Positions 29,265 through 39,055 of a DNA stretch of 56,731 bases are shown piece after piece. Where the stretch lies: contig DATJLR010000001.1 of assembly GCA_035509435.1 (NCBI GenBank), positions 1 through 56,731 of the forward strand, written 5' to 3'. A program made the position numbers and the translations under genes. Below the pieces are notes generated by a model. It was given only the letters and a program-made list of their open reading frames with translations. It made no database searches and was not told where the DNA came from. This DNA comes from Minisyncoccota bacterium. Its GTDB lineage: Bacteria; Patescibacteriota; Minisyncoccia; UBA6257; 2-01-FULL-56-20. The stretch's first letter is position 1. The number at the start of each line of letters is the position of its first letter.

Positions 29265-29266
29265 GG

Positions 29267-30199
29267 CTACTTGATATTACCCCTTTTTTGCTCCTCCGCA
29301 AGATACTCCACCATCGCGCGCAAACCGTCCTCGAGCGGCGTCTTTGGCGCCCACCCGAGCGCGACAGCGTCGGAAATGTCCGCCAGCGTCTCCGCCGCCT
29401 TGAAATCCGGATCATCGGGGCGGGGCTTGATCTCCGGCTGGACGGAGGATCCCATCACTTTCTTTATCGCCTCGAATACTTCCTTCATTGAGGTGCTTTT
29501 GCCGGACCCAAGACGGAACATCCGGTTGTTCACGCGGTCGTCCTCGATCGCCAAAAGATGAAAATCATTCAGGTCGTCCACGTAAATGAAGTCGCGGGTA
29601 TTTTTGTCATCGTCCTCGAAGAGCCATGGCGACTCGCCCTTCATCATCTTGACGATGAATTTTGTCATGATCGGCGGCGGGTTGCGGCGATAATCCTGGC
29701 GCGGACCGTACACATTGAAATAGCGCGCGGCGGCGATCGTCATGCCGAATGCGTCCTTGTAGCCTTCATCGATCATCCCGTCCGCGAACTTGCTGATCGC
29801 ATAAAATCCCTTGAGCCGCTTGTCGCCTTCTTCCACGGCCGAGGACTGGGCATAGATGGTCTTCGGCACCCTTGCCAAGCGCGCCGCTTCGAACACGTTC
29901 GCGGTACCGTGCACATTGATGTCCATCGTTTCCACGGGATCGCGCTGGCAGTCGGGAAGCGAGTTTTTTGCGGCAAGATGGAACACCACGTCAACCCCCT
30001 CAAAAAGCGGATAGATGTCCCTGGAGCGTATATCGAGTTTATGGAAATCAACTTCCTTGGGAACCTGCTCGATCACGCCATACGACAGGTTATCAATGCC
30101 GACCACGGCATATCCCGCTTTTACAAGCCGCTCCGCCAGGTTGCTGCCGATAAAACCGGCCACGCCGGTGACCAGGATCTTCTTAGCCATACCCATCAA
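29267..30199 (-). CDS. NAD-dependent epimerase/dehydratase
   Basis: TGVAGFIG, FYAISK, RYFNVYGP, TRDFIY. Confidence 0.9.
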   Translation of the reverse strand: MMGMAKKILVTGVAGFIGSNLAERLVKAGYAVVGIDNLSYGVIEQVPKEVDFHKLDIRSRDIYPLFEGVDVVFHLAAKNSLPDCQRDPVETMDINVHGTANVFEAARLARVPKTIYAQSSAVEEGDKRLKGFYAISKFADGMIDEGYKDAFGMTIAAARYFNVYGPRQDYRRNPPPIMTKFIVKMMKGESPWLFEDDDKNTRDFIYVDDLNDFHLLAIEDDRVNNRMFRLGSGKSTSMKEVFEAIKKVMGSSVQPEIKPRPDDPDFKAAETLADISDAVALGWAPKTPLEDGLRAMVEYLAEEQKRGNIK

Positions 30200-30208
30200 T
30201 TTAGCACA

Positions 30209-31168
30209 TTACCCTACCCGAATAAAGAGATGCCGCTTGCGATAATTCCACGCGCGCTCGATGAGGAAGCGCAGGATGGGAGTGGGAACCGGCAGCATGG
30301 CCATGATGACCATCCTCCGCTTGGGGCTTATATAACTTCGGATGCCCGCATAGATCTGCATGGCCTCTTTTTTTCTGCCGGCGGAAAAAAGCGTGATGAT
30401 AAGATTCTCTTTCTGCTTTGCGATATGGCGGTCGATGTCGTATTTTTCCCGCTCGTCCTCCGTCATGTGCTCCTTTAAATTCTCGAATATTTTTACCGCC
30501 GATTCCTTGATGGCAACCTGCCGCGCAAAGTTGGTGTGGCTGTCCCATCGCAGGCGGTATCGCACAAGGTCTTTATTGAGGAACGGGATCTCGTAGCCGG
30601 CATGAGCGATGCGAAGGAAATACTCCCAGTCCTCCACGAGCCCCAATGATTCGTTATAGCCGCCGAGCTTTTCGTAAATCTCGCGCTTGAACATCACCGT
30701 GGTGTTCGTAATATACATCTTGTCGAGAAGCTGAAGAAATGCGTTATCGGAGCGGAACGGATAAGCGTTCCGGTATAGCACATCCGCCGCGCCGTCGTAA
30801 AAGTAGCTTAGGTCGCAATAGACGATGGAATAACGCGGGTTCTCCTCGAAAAACTTCACCTCTTCCGCTATCCGGTCCGGGAGATAAATGTCGTCGCTAT
30901 CAAGAAAGGCGATGTATTCTCCCCGCGCCTCTTTAAGGAGGCCGTTGCGCGTGGCGATGATCGGCTCGTAGGGATGCTCAATCAGTCGCACGCGCGGATC
31001 CGTATACTCGCCAACAATCGCGACCGTCCGGTCCTTTGACGCTGCATCGATTACCACCACCTCGATGTTTTTGTATGTCTGCGCAAGCGCGGAATCAATG
31101 GATTCCTTGATGTACCGCTCCGCGTTGTACGCGGGCATCAGGATGGAGACGAGAGGGATATCGTTCAT
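30209..31168 (-). CDS. GT2 glycosyltransferase
   Basis: VSILMPAYN, FLDSDD, EDWEY. Confidence 0.9.
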   Translation of the reverse strand: MNDIPLVSILMPAYNAERYIKESIDSALAQTYKNIEVVVIDAASKDRTVAIVGEYTDPRVRLIEHPYEPIIATRNGLLKEARGEYIAFLDSDDIYLPDRIAEEVKFFEENPRYSIVYCDLSYFYDGAADVLYRNAYPFRSDNAFLQLLDKMYITNTTVMFKREIYEKLGGYNESLGLVEDWEYFLRIAHAGYEIPFLNKDLVRYRLRWDSHTNFARQVAIKESAVKIFENLKEHMTEDEREKYDIDRHIAKQKENLIITLFSAGRKKEAMQIYAGIRSYISPKRRMVIMAMLPVPTPILRFLIERAWNYRKRHLFIRVG

Positions 31169-32211
31169 GCTGGTGAATTATACAGTGAAAGCAATTGATC
31201 AACGCGATGGGCATACGTATGATCACGCAGCACCCGTGCCGTACCTTCCTCCTGGATCTTCTTACGCTCTTCGTCGTGACGCAGATAATAATCGATCTTT
31301 TCAAACCATTCCTCTTTCGATCTTACTGCGACAATCTCTTTCCCAAGGTCAAAATAACGTTCCATTCCCGGGACATAATCGGATATTTCAAATCCGCCCG
31401 ACGCAGGCAATTTGAATTCCCGTTCGTTCGAGAATCCTTTTGTTGTGCCATCCCTATAATATTCATGGATATTGACGCATATCTTCGCAGACGCATACAG
31501 TGTGCGCTCGTCGTCCATGGAAATAGTGATCCGATTCTTGTTGGCCAATTTTACAAGCCATTCAATGCGCAAGCGCCGCGCGACGCCGCTCACGACCCGC
31601 AACAGTTTTCCGGAAATGGTCCATCCCGACCCATATATCCGAACGTGATATTTTTTCATCAACGGGAGAAGCAGCTCCTCGAATTGCGGACGCTTTTGCG
31701 TGTAGAAACTCCCCAGAAACGCGATGTCGCAGCGGAACCGATCTTCCGGCTCGCCCGGAAAATATCGGGTGGCATCCGCAGCGTGCGGCACGAAATGCAT
31801 CTCTTTGCCGTAGAGCTCCTTAAACCCTTTTGTCGTCTCGGGGGAATAATTGCAAAAACAAATATCGACCACGGGAAGGTATTTCCTGAAGAACGCAATC
31901 TTTTCCTCGGAATCCTCTTCCTTATCGATCCCCAGCGCAACTTCACAAAAGATCTTTGTTTTGTTTTTCCGCAATCTTTCCAGGAAATCCGGAGGGACAT
32001 CCCTGACCCGTTTGCAGTAATCCATGAACGGCAGAAAATCCAGGAAAAAAAGGTCGGGCTGGACCTTCTCGGCGATCGCCATCAGATCATCCTGCTCGGT
32101 CACCGTAAAAAAATCATGGCCGCCCTGCTCAAAAGCGCTTTTATATCCTTCATAGATCCACCGATCGGCCCCGAGGCCATAGGGGTTCAGGATGTTATAA
32201 AGGACCTTCAT
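31165..32211 (-). CDS. CgeB-like glycosyltransferase (GT-B, Glyco_trans_1_2)
   Basis: DIAFLGS, KICVNIH, NEREFK..SGGFEISD. Confidence 0.8.
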   Translation of the reverse strand: MKVLYNILNPYGLGADRWIYEGYKSAFEQGGHDFFTVTEQDDLMAIAEKVQPDLFFLDFLPFMDYCKRVRDVPPDFLERLRKNKTKIFCEVALGIDKEEDSEEKIAFFRKYLPVVDICFCNYSPETTKGFKELYGKEMHFVPHAADATRYFPGEPEDRFRCDIAFLGSFYTQKRPQFEELLLPLMKKYHVRIYGSGWTISGKLLRVVSGVARRLRIEWLVKLANKNRITISMDDERTLYASAKICVNIHEYYRDGTTKGFSNEREFKLPASGGFEISDYVPGMERYFDLGKEIVAVRSKEEWFEKIDYYLRHDEERKKIQEEGTARVLRDHTYAHRVDQLLSLYNSPA

Positions 32212-32215
32212 CTTT

Positions 32216-33121
32216 TTATCGAGCCCTGTTTTCCTGATACATGCGGTGGAACCATCGATATACCGACGAACCAAAGAAAGAAAGCCGGTATTGTATCTTT
32301 GCAACGGTGTTGGAAGGAGAAACACCGATCGCTTCCTTCAAATATTTCCTCCCCTCGTCCGGTTTCCCCACGCGGCAGTATTTGCCGCCGATCTTCTGCA
32401 GGTAATAACTGTGGCACACCGGATGGGACGCCAAAAAATCCTTGAACTCCTCGCACACCATAAGTTCAACGCCGGCCGCTTCTTCCAGTTTGTCGCCAAG
32501 GCGCGGACCGGCGTGGGAGCGGATATTAAGGATGGGCTCGGGAACAAAATCGAACTCAAAATCCCTCGCGAGACGAAGATAGAATTCCCAATCTTCCGAC
32601 GTCTTAAGGCGCTCATCGTAGAGGCCGGAAACATCGAATGCGCTCCGGCGGATCAGCGGATTGGATGCGGAACCGGTCAGCGGATCGCTTTTGCAGAAAT
32701 AATCCTCGAATACTTTGCCGCGAAGGCGCGGCGTGAACGTTTCGTATATCTTGCCGTCGCGGACACGGTTGAATCCCCCGTATACGAGTGCCACGTCTTT
32801 TGAAGAACGTTCAAAGAGGGCCATCTGAAGCTCAAGTTTTTTCGGAAGCCATTCATCGTCATCATCGAGAAAACCGACGAATTCGCCCTTTGCCGTCTTT
32901 ACCCCAAGATTTCGCGCAGCGGCGATCCCGAGCTGCGGATGTTTTACGTACACGATCCGCGGATCGGAATATCCCTTTACCATCTCTTCGGTGCCATCAG
33001 TGGAACTGTTATCGAGCACGATAAGCTCAAAATCCTTATAGGTCTGAGCGAGGACGCTTTGAAGGGCTTTTTCGGCAAAGCCCTTCCGATTGAATGTGGT
33101 AATGATGCCGCTGACCTTCAT
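32216..33121 (-). CDS. GT2 glycosyltransferase
   Basis: VSGIITTFNR, FLDDDD, EDWEF. Confidence 0.9.
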   Translation of the reverse strand: MKVSGIITTFNRKGFAEKALQSVLAQTYKDFELIVLDNSSTDGTEEMVKGYSDPRIVYVKHPQLGIAAARNLGVKTAKGEFVGFLDDDDEWLPKKLELQMALFERSSKDVALVYGGFNRVRDGKIYETFTPRLRGKVFEDYFCKSDPLTGSASNPLIRRSAFDVSGLYDERLKTSEDWEFYLRLARDFEFDFVPEPILNIRSHAGPRLGDKLEEAAGVELMVCEEFKDFLASHPVCHSYYLQKIGGKYCRVGKPDEGRKYLKEAIGVSPSNTVAKIQYRLSFFGSSVYRWFHRMYQENRAR

Positions 33122-33159
33122 GCTACCCATTGTACCATTCGGACGACCTTCCATGAACC

Positions 33160-33187
33160 TTGACGCCTTTCTCTTTATTGATATAAT
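33160..33187 (+). promoter_or_regulatory. Sigma70 promoter of the SGNH-like gene
   Basis: TTGACG-16 nt-TATAAT, 32 nt before the ATG. Confidence 0.7.
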
Positions 33188-33219
33188 TTCCAAATAATGA
33201 ATCGGGGTATGCCGCCTCA

Positions 33220-34371
33220 ATGGCAATGAGTCCGAACGAGCCGAAGGAAACCGTTCGATCGAAGGAAGTTCGCTATTTAAAGAAAATAGCGCTTTTTTGT
33301 ATTCCGTTCGCCGTATTGCTTGGGCTGCCCATCCTCGCTCTCTACGGCTCCGGGGAATATACTCCGTGGAACACTCTGGCTGCGCGGATGCAAAGCGCTC
33401 AACCGGTCCTCGTGGGCCTCGCCTTCAGCAATCCCGTGTATTATCTCGATCTCCAAAATACTCTCGCAAAAAAGCCGCAAGTGATCGTCCTCGGATCATC
33501 CCGCGCGGGGCAATTCAGTTCCCATTTTTTTAACGCCAGCACCAGCGCATATGTTGATGGTGGCATGATGCAAGAAATGAGCCACTTCCAGGAATTCCTC
33601 AATGACATCCCAACAAGCAGCAGCCCGCAGATAATGATCATGGTCCTTGATCAGAAATTTTTTGATCCAAATTATAATGTGTTCCTATATGGACCCGATA
33701 ATATACAGCCCCTTCTTGAACAGTCATCTTCTCCTATTTTAGGAAACTTGTGGGCCCAGCTCTTCCAGGTCTATGATTACTACTTTACCGGAAAGATCAA
33801 TCCTTCGTCATTCTTCAACCCCTCAACCTCTATCATCGGCCTCAATGCAAGCGTCCACGATGCAGGGTTCGAGAACGACGGGAGCTATCTGTATGGCAAC
33901 GCTCCGGCATCGGACGGCGCGATCTATGGCATTGAAAATAATACGAAGGGATTCGAATATAGCGCTACGATCTCACAGACAGATCTTCAGGAACTGAATG
34001 CTTTCCTGGCCGAATGCCAGGCGCGGCATATTTATGTAGTGGGGGTCATCCCCCCTCTTTCGCCCTTGGTTTATAATACCGTGCTTTCGATGGGAGATAA
34101 ATATGGATATTTGAACTACCTCACGCCGGATGCAGGAGCGATCTTCTCAAAATATGGATTTGGTTTTTATAATTTTACGGATCCCCAGTCGTTGGGCATC
34201 ACGACCGGGAACGGAGATATGTGGGACAATATCCACATGACCCAGCAGGGCTGGCTAAAAGCGTTCATTACGATGGCAAGCACAAATCAGACGCTTAAAG
34301 AGCATTCCAACCTTGCCGAGCTCCAGCAGGAACTGAATATGATGGAAAGCAGTTCGACCTCAGCGCAATAA
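33220..34371 (+). CDS. Membrane-anchored SGNH-like protein (DltD/AlgJ/AlgX/PatB-type acyl relay)
   Basis: N-terminal TM, block-I LGSSR Ser, C-terminal WDNIH (DxxH); converges on the MBOAT gene. Confidence 0.68.
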   Translation: MAMSPNEPKETVRSKEVRYLKKIALFCIPFAVLLGLPILALYGSGEYTPWNTLAARMQSAQPVLVGLAFSNPVYYLDLQNTLAKKPQVIVLGSSRAGQFSSHFFNASTSAYVDGGMMQEMSHFQEFLNDIPTSSSPQIMIMVLDQKFFDPNYNVFLYGPDNIQPLLEQSSSPILGNLWAQLFQVYDYYFTGKINPSSFFNPSTSIIGLNASVHDAGFENDGSYLYGNAPASDGAIYGIENNTKGFEYSATISQTDLQELNAFLAECQARHIYVVGVIPPLSPLVYNTVLSMGDKYGYLNYLTPDAGAIFSKYGFGFYNFTDPQSLGITTGNGDMWDNIHMTQQGWLKAFITMASTNQTLKEHSNLAELQQELNMMESSSTSAQ

Positions 34372-34384
34372 AGTTCGTGCCCTG

Positions 34385-35863
34385 TTAGAACTGGAAATAG
34401 ATGAAGGTCTGCTGGTCGAAATATCCAAAAAAGAGGATCCATGCCACGATGAGGTAGTATGCTCCCCAACGGAACCACATTGGGTGTGCCGCGATCCATG
34501 CAGTCACCTGCTTCTCTCTTTCAAGATATTCACCGAAAAGCATCACGAGGCATGAAAGCGGGAGAGCGGCAAGGCGGTATTTAGTGAGTCCTGCATAAAT
34601 CTCGGTATGGGCGAGGTCGGTCCAAAAATGGACCCGGAAGGCATTGCTCCAACCCGTCGGAAGGTGCTCCAGGAAATAGATCGCATTGCTTAAGGAGGTG
34701 GATCTGAAAAATACAAATCCGATGCACACGAGGCCAAAGGTTATCAACGTCTGAAAAAGCGCAAGAAATCCCGGATACCGCGATATCCGGGAGGAAGCGA
34801 TGAGGCGATCCCGGTATTTTTTCGTCCACAGGCCGAACACGCTATAGAAGCCGAACACCGCGCCGAAGCATATGAATGTCCATCCCGCACCGTGCCAGAG
34901 GCCGATGACGAGAAATGTGACGAAAAGCGCCGCATATAATCCGGCCCTTGACCACGAGGCCCATTTCAGCGCAAGGGGGAAATAAAAATAATCGCGGAAC
35001 CAGCTCGTAAGGGAGATATGCCATCGGCGCCAGAAGTCAGAAATAGATCTTGCAAAGTAAGGCACATCAAAATTATTGACGAGATCTATCCCGAAAACCT
35101 TTGCCGAGCCCCGGGCAATATCGGAATAACCGGAGAAGTCGGCGTAGAGCTGTATCGCGAAGGCAACTGCCGCAACTGCCAATGCGACGCCGGTTTCCCC
35201 ATGCAGGTTTCCATATATCTGGTCAACTATGACCCCGATAGAATCGGCGACGACTACCTTTTTGAAGAATCCCCAGATCATGATCCGCAACCCCTGAGAA
35301 GCAAATCCTTCGTTGAATTCATGTTCGGCATGTAATTGAGGAAGCAGCTGTTGCGGCCGTTCAATTGGGCCGGCGACCAGCTGCGGGAAGAACATCACGT
35401 ATAAGGCATATATGCCGATATGGCGCTCGGCAGGATAACGCTTGTAGTAAACTTCCAGCACATATGCAAGGCTTTGGAACGTATGGAAAGAAAGCCCCAG
35501 GGGCAACGCGATCGCGAGAAAGCCGATCGGATAGTTCCAGTGCAGGAAGCTCGCGACAGAAGCCACATTCGCATTGAAGAAATTGAAATATTTAAAGAAG
35601 AAAAGAGTGCCGACATTCGCGATGATGCTGATGGTGAGAAAAAGCTTCCGCTTCCTTCCCTCTGCTTTTTCGATCAATATGCCCATAAAAAAATCTATTA
35701 CGATAAGATAGAGCAATATCAAAATATAAGCGGGAATAAACGCCATATAGAAATAACAGCTCGCAACAAGAAGAAGTATCCATCGGAATCGGTGCGGCAA
35801 AAGATAATACAAAATCACCACCACGGGGAAGAACACAAGGAAGCTGAATGAGTTGAACAACAT
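34385..35863 (-). CDS. MBOAT O-acyltransferase (AlgI/DltB/PatA family)
   Basis: MLFNSFSFL, LPLGLSFHTFQ, FFPQLVAGPIER, FWRRWHISL, GLWHG catalytic His. Confidence 0.95.
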   Translation of the reverse strand: MLFNSFSFLVFFPVVVILYYLLPHRFRWILLLVASCYFYMAFIPAYILILLYLIVIDFFMGILIEKAEGRKRKLFLTISIIANVGTLFFFKYFNFFNANVASVASFLHWNYPIGFLAIALPLGLSFHTFQSLAYVLEVYYKRYPAERHIGIYALYVMFFPQLVAGPIERPQQLLPQLHAEHEFNEGFASQGLRIMIWGFFKKVVVADSIGVIVDQIYGNLHGETGVALAVAAVAFAIQLYADFSGYSDIARGSAKVFGIDLVNNFDVPYFARSISDFWRRWHISLTSWFRDYFYFPLALKWASWSRAGLYAALFVTFLVIGLWHGAGWTFICFGAVFGFYSVFGLWTKKYRDRLIASSRISRYPGFLALFQTLITFGLVCIGFVFFRSTSLSNAIYFLEHLPTGWSNAFRVHFWTDLAHTEIYAGLTKYRLAALPLSCLVMLFGEYLEREKQVTAWIAAHPMWFRWGAYYLIVAWILFFGYFDQQTFIYFQF

Positions 35864-35867
35864 GCTA

Positions 35868-36629
35868 TTAAAGGATCGTTATTTCACTTTCGCGGAAGGA
35901 GAATATTTTCCCGTTTACCATGCGCCCTTCCTCCGAGCATAAATAGGCGGTCGCCGCAGCGACGTCTTCGGGGGATCGCACCCCTCCCTCGACTCCGCGT
36001 TCTGCTATAAATTTCCTGACCGCACCGGGAAGATCCTTATGAAGATCTGTGTCCATAAAATCAGGCGCAACGGCGTTCACAGTAACATTTGATGATGCCA
36101 AGTCCTGATGAAGCTCCTTTAGCAAGCCCCTGAGAGCATACTTTGCGACGGTATAGCCGCCCATCCGGGGATGGGGAGCTTCCGATTGCACGACGCGGGA
36201 AAGAATACCGATTATATTTCCTCCTTTTTGGACCTCCATCACTTTGGCGCATTCTGTCAGAAAATAAAAACCTCCCCATACGCCGCCGCCAAATTGATCC
36301 TGGAATTCTTTGCCGGATATCTCAAGAATACCCTTGCGAAGGATAGGGTCAACGGCGGCATGGATGGCCGCATCTATGCTGTGCCGCCTTTTATAAATCC
36401 CCCCTATTATTGTTCGGACCGCTTCATCGTCCCGGATGTCGCACCTGATCGCTTCATGATCGCCCGCTGAAAAATCATGGAGCGCACTTTCTGCTTCTTC
36501 TTTGGATTTTTTTAGATAAAGAGCGACAACGTCAAACCCCTGCTGGGACAAAGCTTTTCCCACGGCACGGCCTACGGTGCCGCAACCGCCGGAAATGACC
36601 GCTGTCCTCCTCTTAATATCCTGTTTCAT
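35868..36629 (-). CDS. FabG-like SDR ketoreductase
   Basis: SGGCGTVG, YTVAK (YxxxK), VTVNAVAP..MDT. Confidence 0.82.
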   Translation of the reverse strand: MKQDIKRRTAVISGGCGTVGRAVGKALSQQGFDVVALYLKKSKEEAESALHDFSAGDHEAIRCDIRDDEAVRTIIGGIYKRRHSIDAAIHAAVDPILRKGILEISGKEFQDQFGGGVWGGFYFLTECAKVMEVQKGGNIIGILSRVVQSEAPHPRMGGYTVAKYALRGLLKELHQDLASSNVTVNAVAPDFMDTDLHKDLPGAVRKFIAERGVEGGVRSPEDVAAATAYLCSEEGRMVNGKIFSFRESEITIL

Positions 36630-36634
36630 TGAAA

Positions 36635-37066
36635 TTATTTGAGCAATCTCACCATCGCTTCCCCGTCCACCATCATCTCGCCGGACCGGGCATCTTCCGC
36701 GATGGTACGGATAACAATCGACCGAGCAGAGTCGGTCTTATGGATCACTTCTCCTTTTATTACAACCTCGGCTCCAACAAAGACAGGTTTGTGAAAATTG
36801 AGCGTTTGCGAAAGATATACGGAATATTTGCCGGGAAGATACATACCGATGAGGCGCGAGAAAAGGGCGCCGACGATCATCCCGTGCGAGACCCTTTGCC
36901 CAAACGACGTCGCGCGCGCATACGAATCATCAACATGAAGAGGGTTTCTGTCGCCGGATACCTCCGCAAACTCATGGATAAGCTCAGGGGTTATCTTTAC
37001 CGTAAACGACGCGCTCTCTCCTGCCGTAATGACTTCGTAAGTCTTTTCGGCCGCAATATCACTCAT
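36635..37066 (-). CDS. MaoC/PhaJ-like (R)-specific acyl-thioester dehydratase
   Basis: FAEVSGDRNPLH (catalytic D-x4-H), RVSHGM, F.KPVFVG. Confidence 0.9.
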   Translation of the reverse strand: MSDIAAEKTYEVITAGESASFTVKITPELIHEFAEVSGDRNPLHVDDSYARATSFGQRVSHGMIVGALFSRLIGMYLPGKYSVYLSQTLNFHKPVFVGAEVVIKGEVIHKTDSARSIVIRTIAEDARSGEMMVDGEAMVRLLK

Positions 37067-37295
37067 CGAATTTTGCCGCTTTGGATCTCACGAGGGCAAT
37101 GACGTCTCCAAAATTTTTGACGCCCATTGCTTCGTCGTATGCGAACTTCACGTCAAATGCCTTCTCAATCTCCGTGATGAGCACGATGGCGTTCAGAGAG
37201 TCCCACGATGGGGTGTTTTCGGGGGACATCGCGGGCGTGATCGCATTCGCATCGACTCCAAGCACTGAGGAAAATATCCTCTTTAATGTATCCAT
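37059..37295 (-). CDS. Acyl carrier protein
   Basis: 78 aa, acidic, WDSL phosphopantetheine Ser, EIEKAFDV. Confidence 0.9.
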   Translation of the reverse strand: MDTLKRIFSSVLGVDANAITPAMSPENTPSWDSLNAIVLITEIEKAFDVKFAYDEAMGVKNFGDVIALVRSKAAKFDE

Positions 37296-37306
37296 GGGTG
37301 GGTTAT

Positions 37307-39046
37307 TTAATTATTTGAAATTATAACGGCTTTTGTCAGATTTTTACAAGGCTTTTGAAGATAGGCGGGGATGTCGAGCGAGTATTCGCGCATACCCCCT
37401 TCCCTGCCTGAAGCACGCTCCGCAAAGCCATGCTCCGCAAGAAATCCATCGGCGGGCTTATTCTTTGCGGTCGGAACAAATGAAGCGTTCAGCTTCTTTA
37501 TTCCGCGGGCCGCAATGCTCCGAATAATATGGTCCATGAACGAACACTCTATTCCTCGCCCCATAACACGACAGCTCATAAGAAACGTGTCGAGGGTTGC
37601 TTCGGAGCCGCTCCCCGGTATCACGATCGCAAGGATCACCGTCCCGTAGTCTCCAAACTTGTCGGAGACGTTGGCGGAAAAAACGAACGCTCCGTCCGCA
37701 ATCATCTTTTTGACATCGGCCTCGGAATAACGCCTTGTTGTAAGATTGAATTGATTTGTTTTTTGCGTCAGCTGGGCAATGCGCGGCAGAAATCCTTCTC
37801 CGTTGAGGTCCACCTTCGCCACAATGCCAAGCTGGGAGATATAATCCTGAACATTTCCCACCGCCTTCATTACTTCCTTTCTTTGCCGCTCTTCCGCATA
37901 CATCTTGCCTTTCTGCGCATCCTCGTCGGTAAGAGAAAACTGATTAAAGAGATCAAGCTGATAAAGAAAAGCGGCATACTCCTCGGGGGGAAGGGAAAAA
38001 TCGGGAACGGTAACGCCCGGGAGCTTCGCTCGCACGAGCGCCCGGGTCAACGGATCGTCATCGAGAAATATCATACTCTCGGTGCCAATGTTCAATTCGT
38101 CCGCGATCTCTAAAATATTCTGCGCCTTATCCTCCCAATTGGTGCGGATCGCGGCGAAATGGTCTTTTTTAAGGACCATGTTGGGGTTTTTTTCAAAGAC
38201 CTCTTCCACGTCCCGCTCATTATTTTTGCTCGCGATCGCAAGGATCACCCCGCGATCATAAAATTCACGGAGGGCGCGCTGAAAATTCACAAAAGCGTTG
38301 CCGGGATAATCAGGCCCGAGGGAAATCCCAAGGGCGCCGAGCTCCCCCACGATCCCGCCCCATAAGGTATTATCGAGGTCCAGCACGATCGCCTTCTTTG
38401 TGCGACCGGAAATGATGCGGACAAAAGCAAACCATTCTTCCGCAAGGAACGCCATAAATTCATGAGTATAAGGAATATCGAATGCATACAGGCCACGCAG
38501 GTCAAATACCCGGGATTCGCCTAAAATGTGCGCCAGTCGATTAGTGTCAAAGATGACCAGGTTGGAAATACGCGCGGCGAGATCCTCCAGCCGCCTATTG
38601 TACTCAACGATCATCTTGAAAAACGGGTCATTATTAAAAAGATTCCCGTACGCTCCGCGATATGACACAACAAAACTGTTGAAGACCACTGTTCCGGTAG
38701 CCGCTGCGCAATATCTTTCAATATCCCCAAGGATCTCGTCGAAATGTCCCGCGACATGCTTAAATTCCGAATCTTTGAATGGATTTATGTCAAAAAAAAT
38801 GAAGGTAATGTCTGCTTTGTGGGTATACAAAGGGCTTCCCTTATCTTTAAGAGCAAAAAGGTATTGACGATAGGGCGTCTTGTAGATAAAAGGCCGGACG
38901 CCGTTCAAGAAATTCACCCCCAAAAACATATCCTTCAAAATATCATCAGTAAAATTCGTGACAATATTTATTTTGGGACCAGAGACGACTTCCTGAAGAT
39001 TCACCGCTCCTTCCCGGGATGCTCTTATATATTCGAGCGGTTTCAT
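37307..39046 (-). CDS. fkbH: FkbH-like HAD-IIIC glyceryl-ACP synthase with C-terminal GNAT-like domain
   Basis: KAIVLDLDNTLWGG, ASKNNE, FLDD, QKTNQFNLTT, DTFLMSCRV (acyl-carrying Cys). Confidence 0.92.
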   Translation of the reverse strand: MKPLEYIRASREGAVNLQEVVSGPKINIVTNFTDDILKDMFLGVNFLNGVRPFIYKTPYRQYLFALKDKGSPLYTHKADITFIFFDINPFKDSEFKHVAGHFDEILGDIERYCAAATGTVVFNSFVVSYRGAYGNLFNNDPFFKMIVEYNRRLEDLAARISNLVIFDTNRLAHILGESRVFDLRGLYAFDIPYTHEFMAFLAEEWFAFVRIISGRTKKAIVLDLDNTLWGGIVGELGALGISLGPDYPGNAFVNFQRALREFYDRGVILAIASKNNERDVEEVFEKNPNMVLKKDHFAAIRTNWEDKAQNILEIADELNIGTESMIFLDDDPLTRALVRAKLPGVTVPDFSLPPEEYAAFLYQLDLFNQFSLTDEDAQKGKMYAEERQRKEVMKAVGNVQDYISQLGIVAKVDLNGEGFLPRIAQLTQKTNQFNLTTRRYSEADVKKMIADGAFVFSANVSDKFGDYGTVILAIVIPGSGSEATLDTFLMSCRVMGRGIECSFMDHIIRSIAARGIKKLNASFVPTAKNKPADGFLAEHGFAERASGREGGMREYSLDIPAYLQKPCKNLTKAVIISNN

Positions 39047-39055
39047 TGTATTTAT

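Noticed and set aside
16663-32445. Long alternative-frame ORFs (16663..18264, 19670..20686, 24053..25489, 31195..32445 and the 5' extension of 19076..21064)
   Set aside because: They overlap genes with clear family motifs; long antisense frames are expected in GC3-rich coding DNA and have no motifs.
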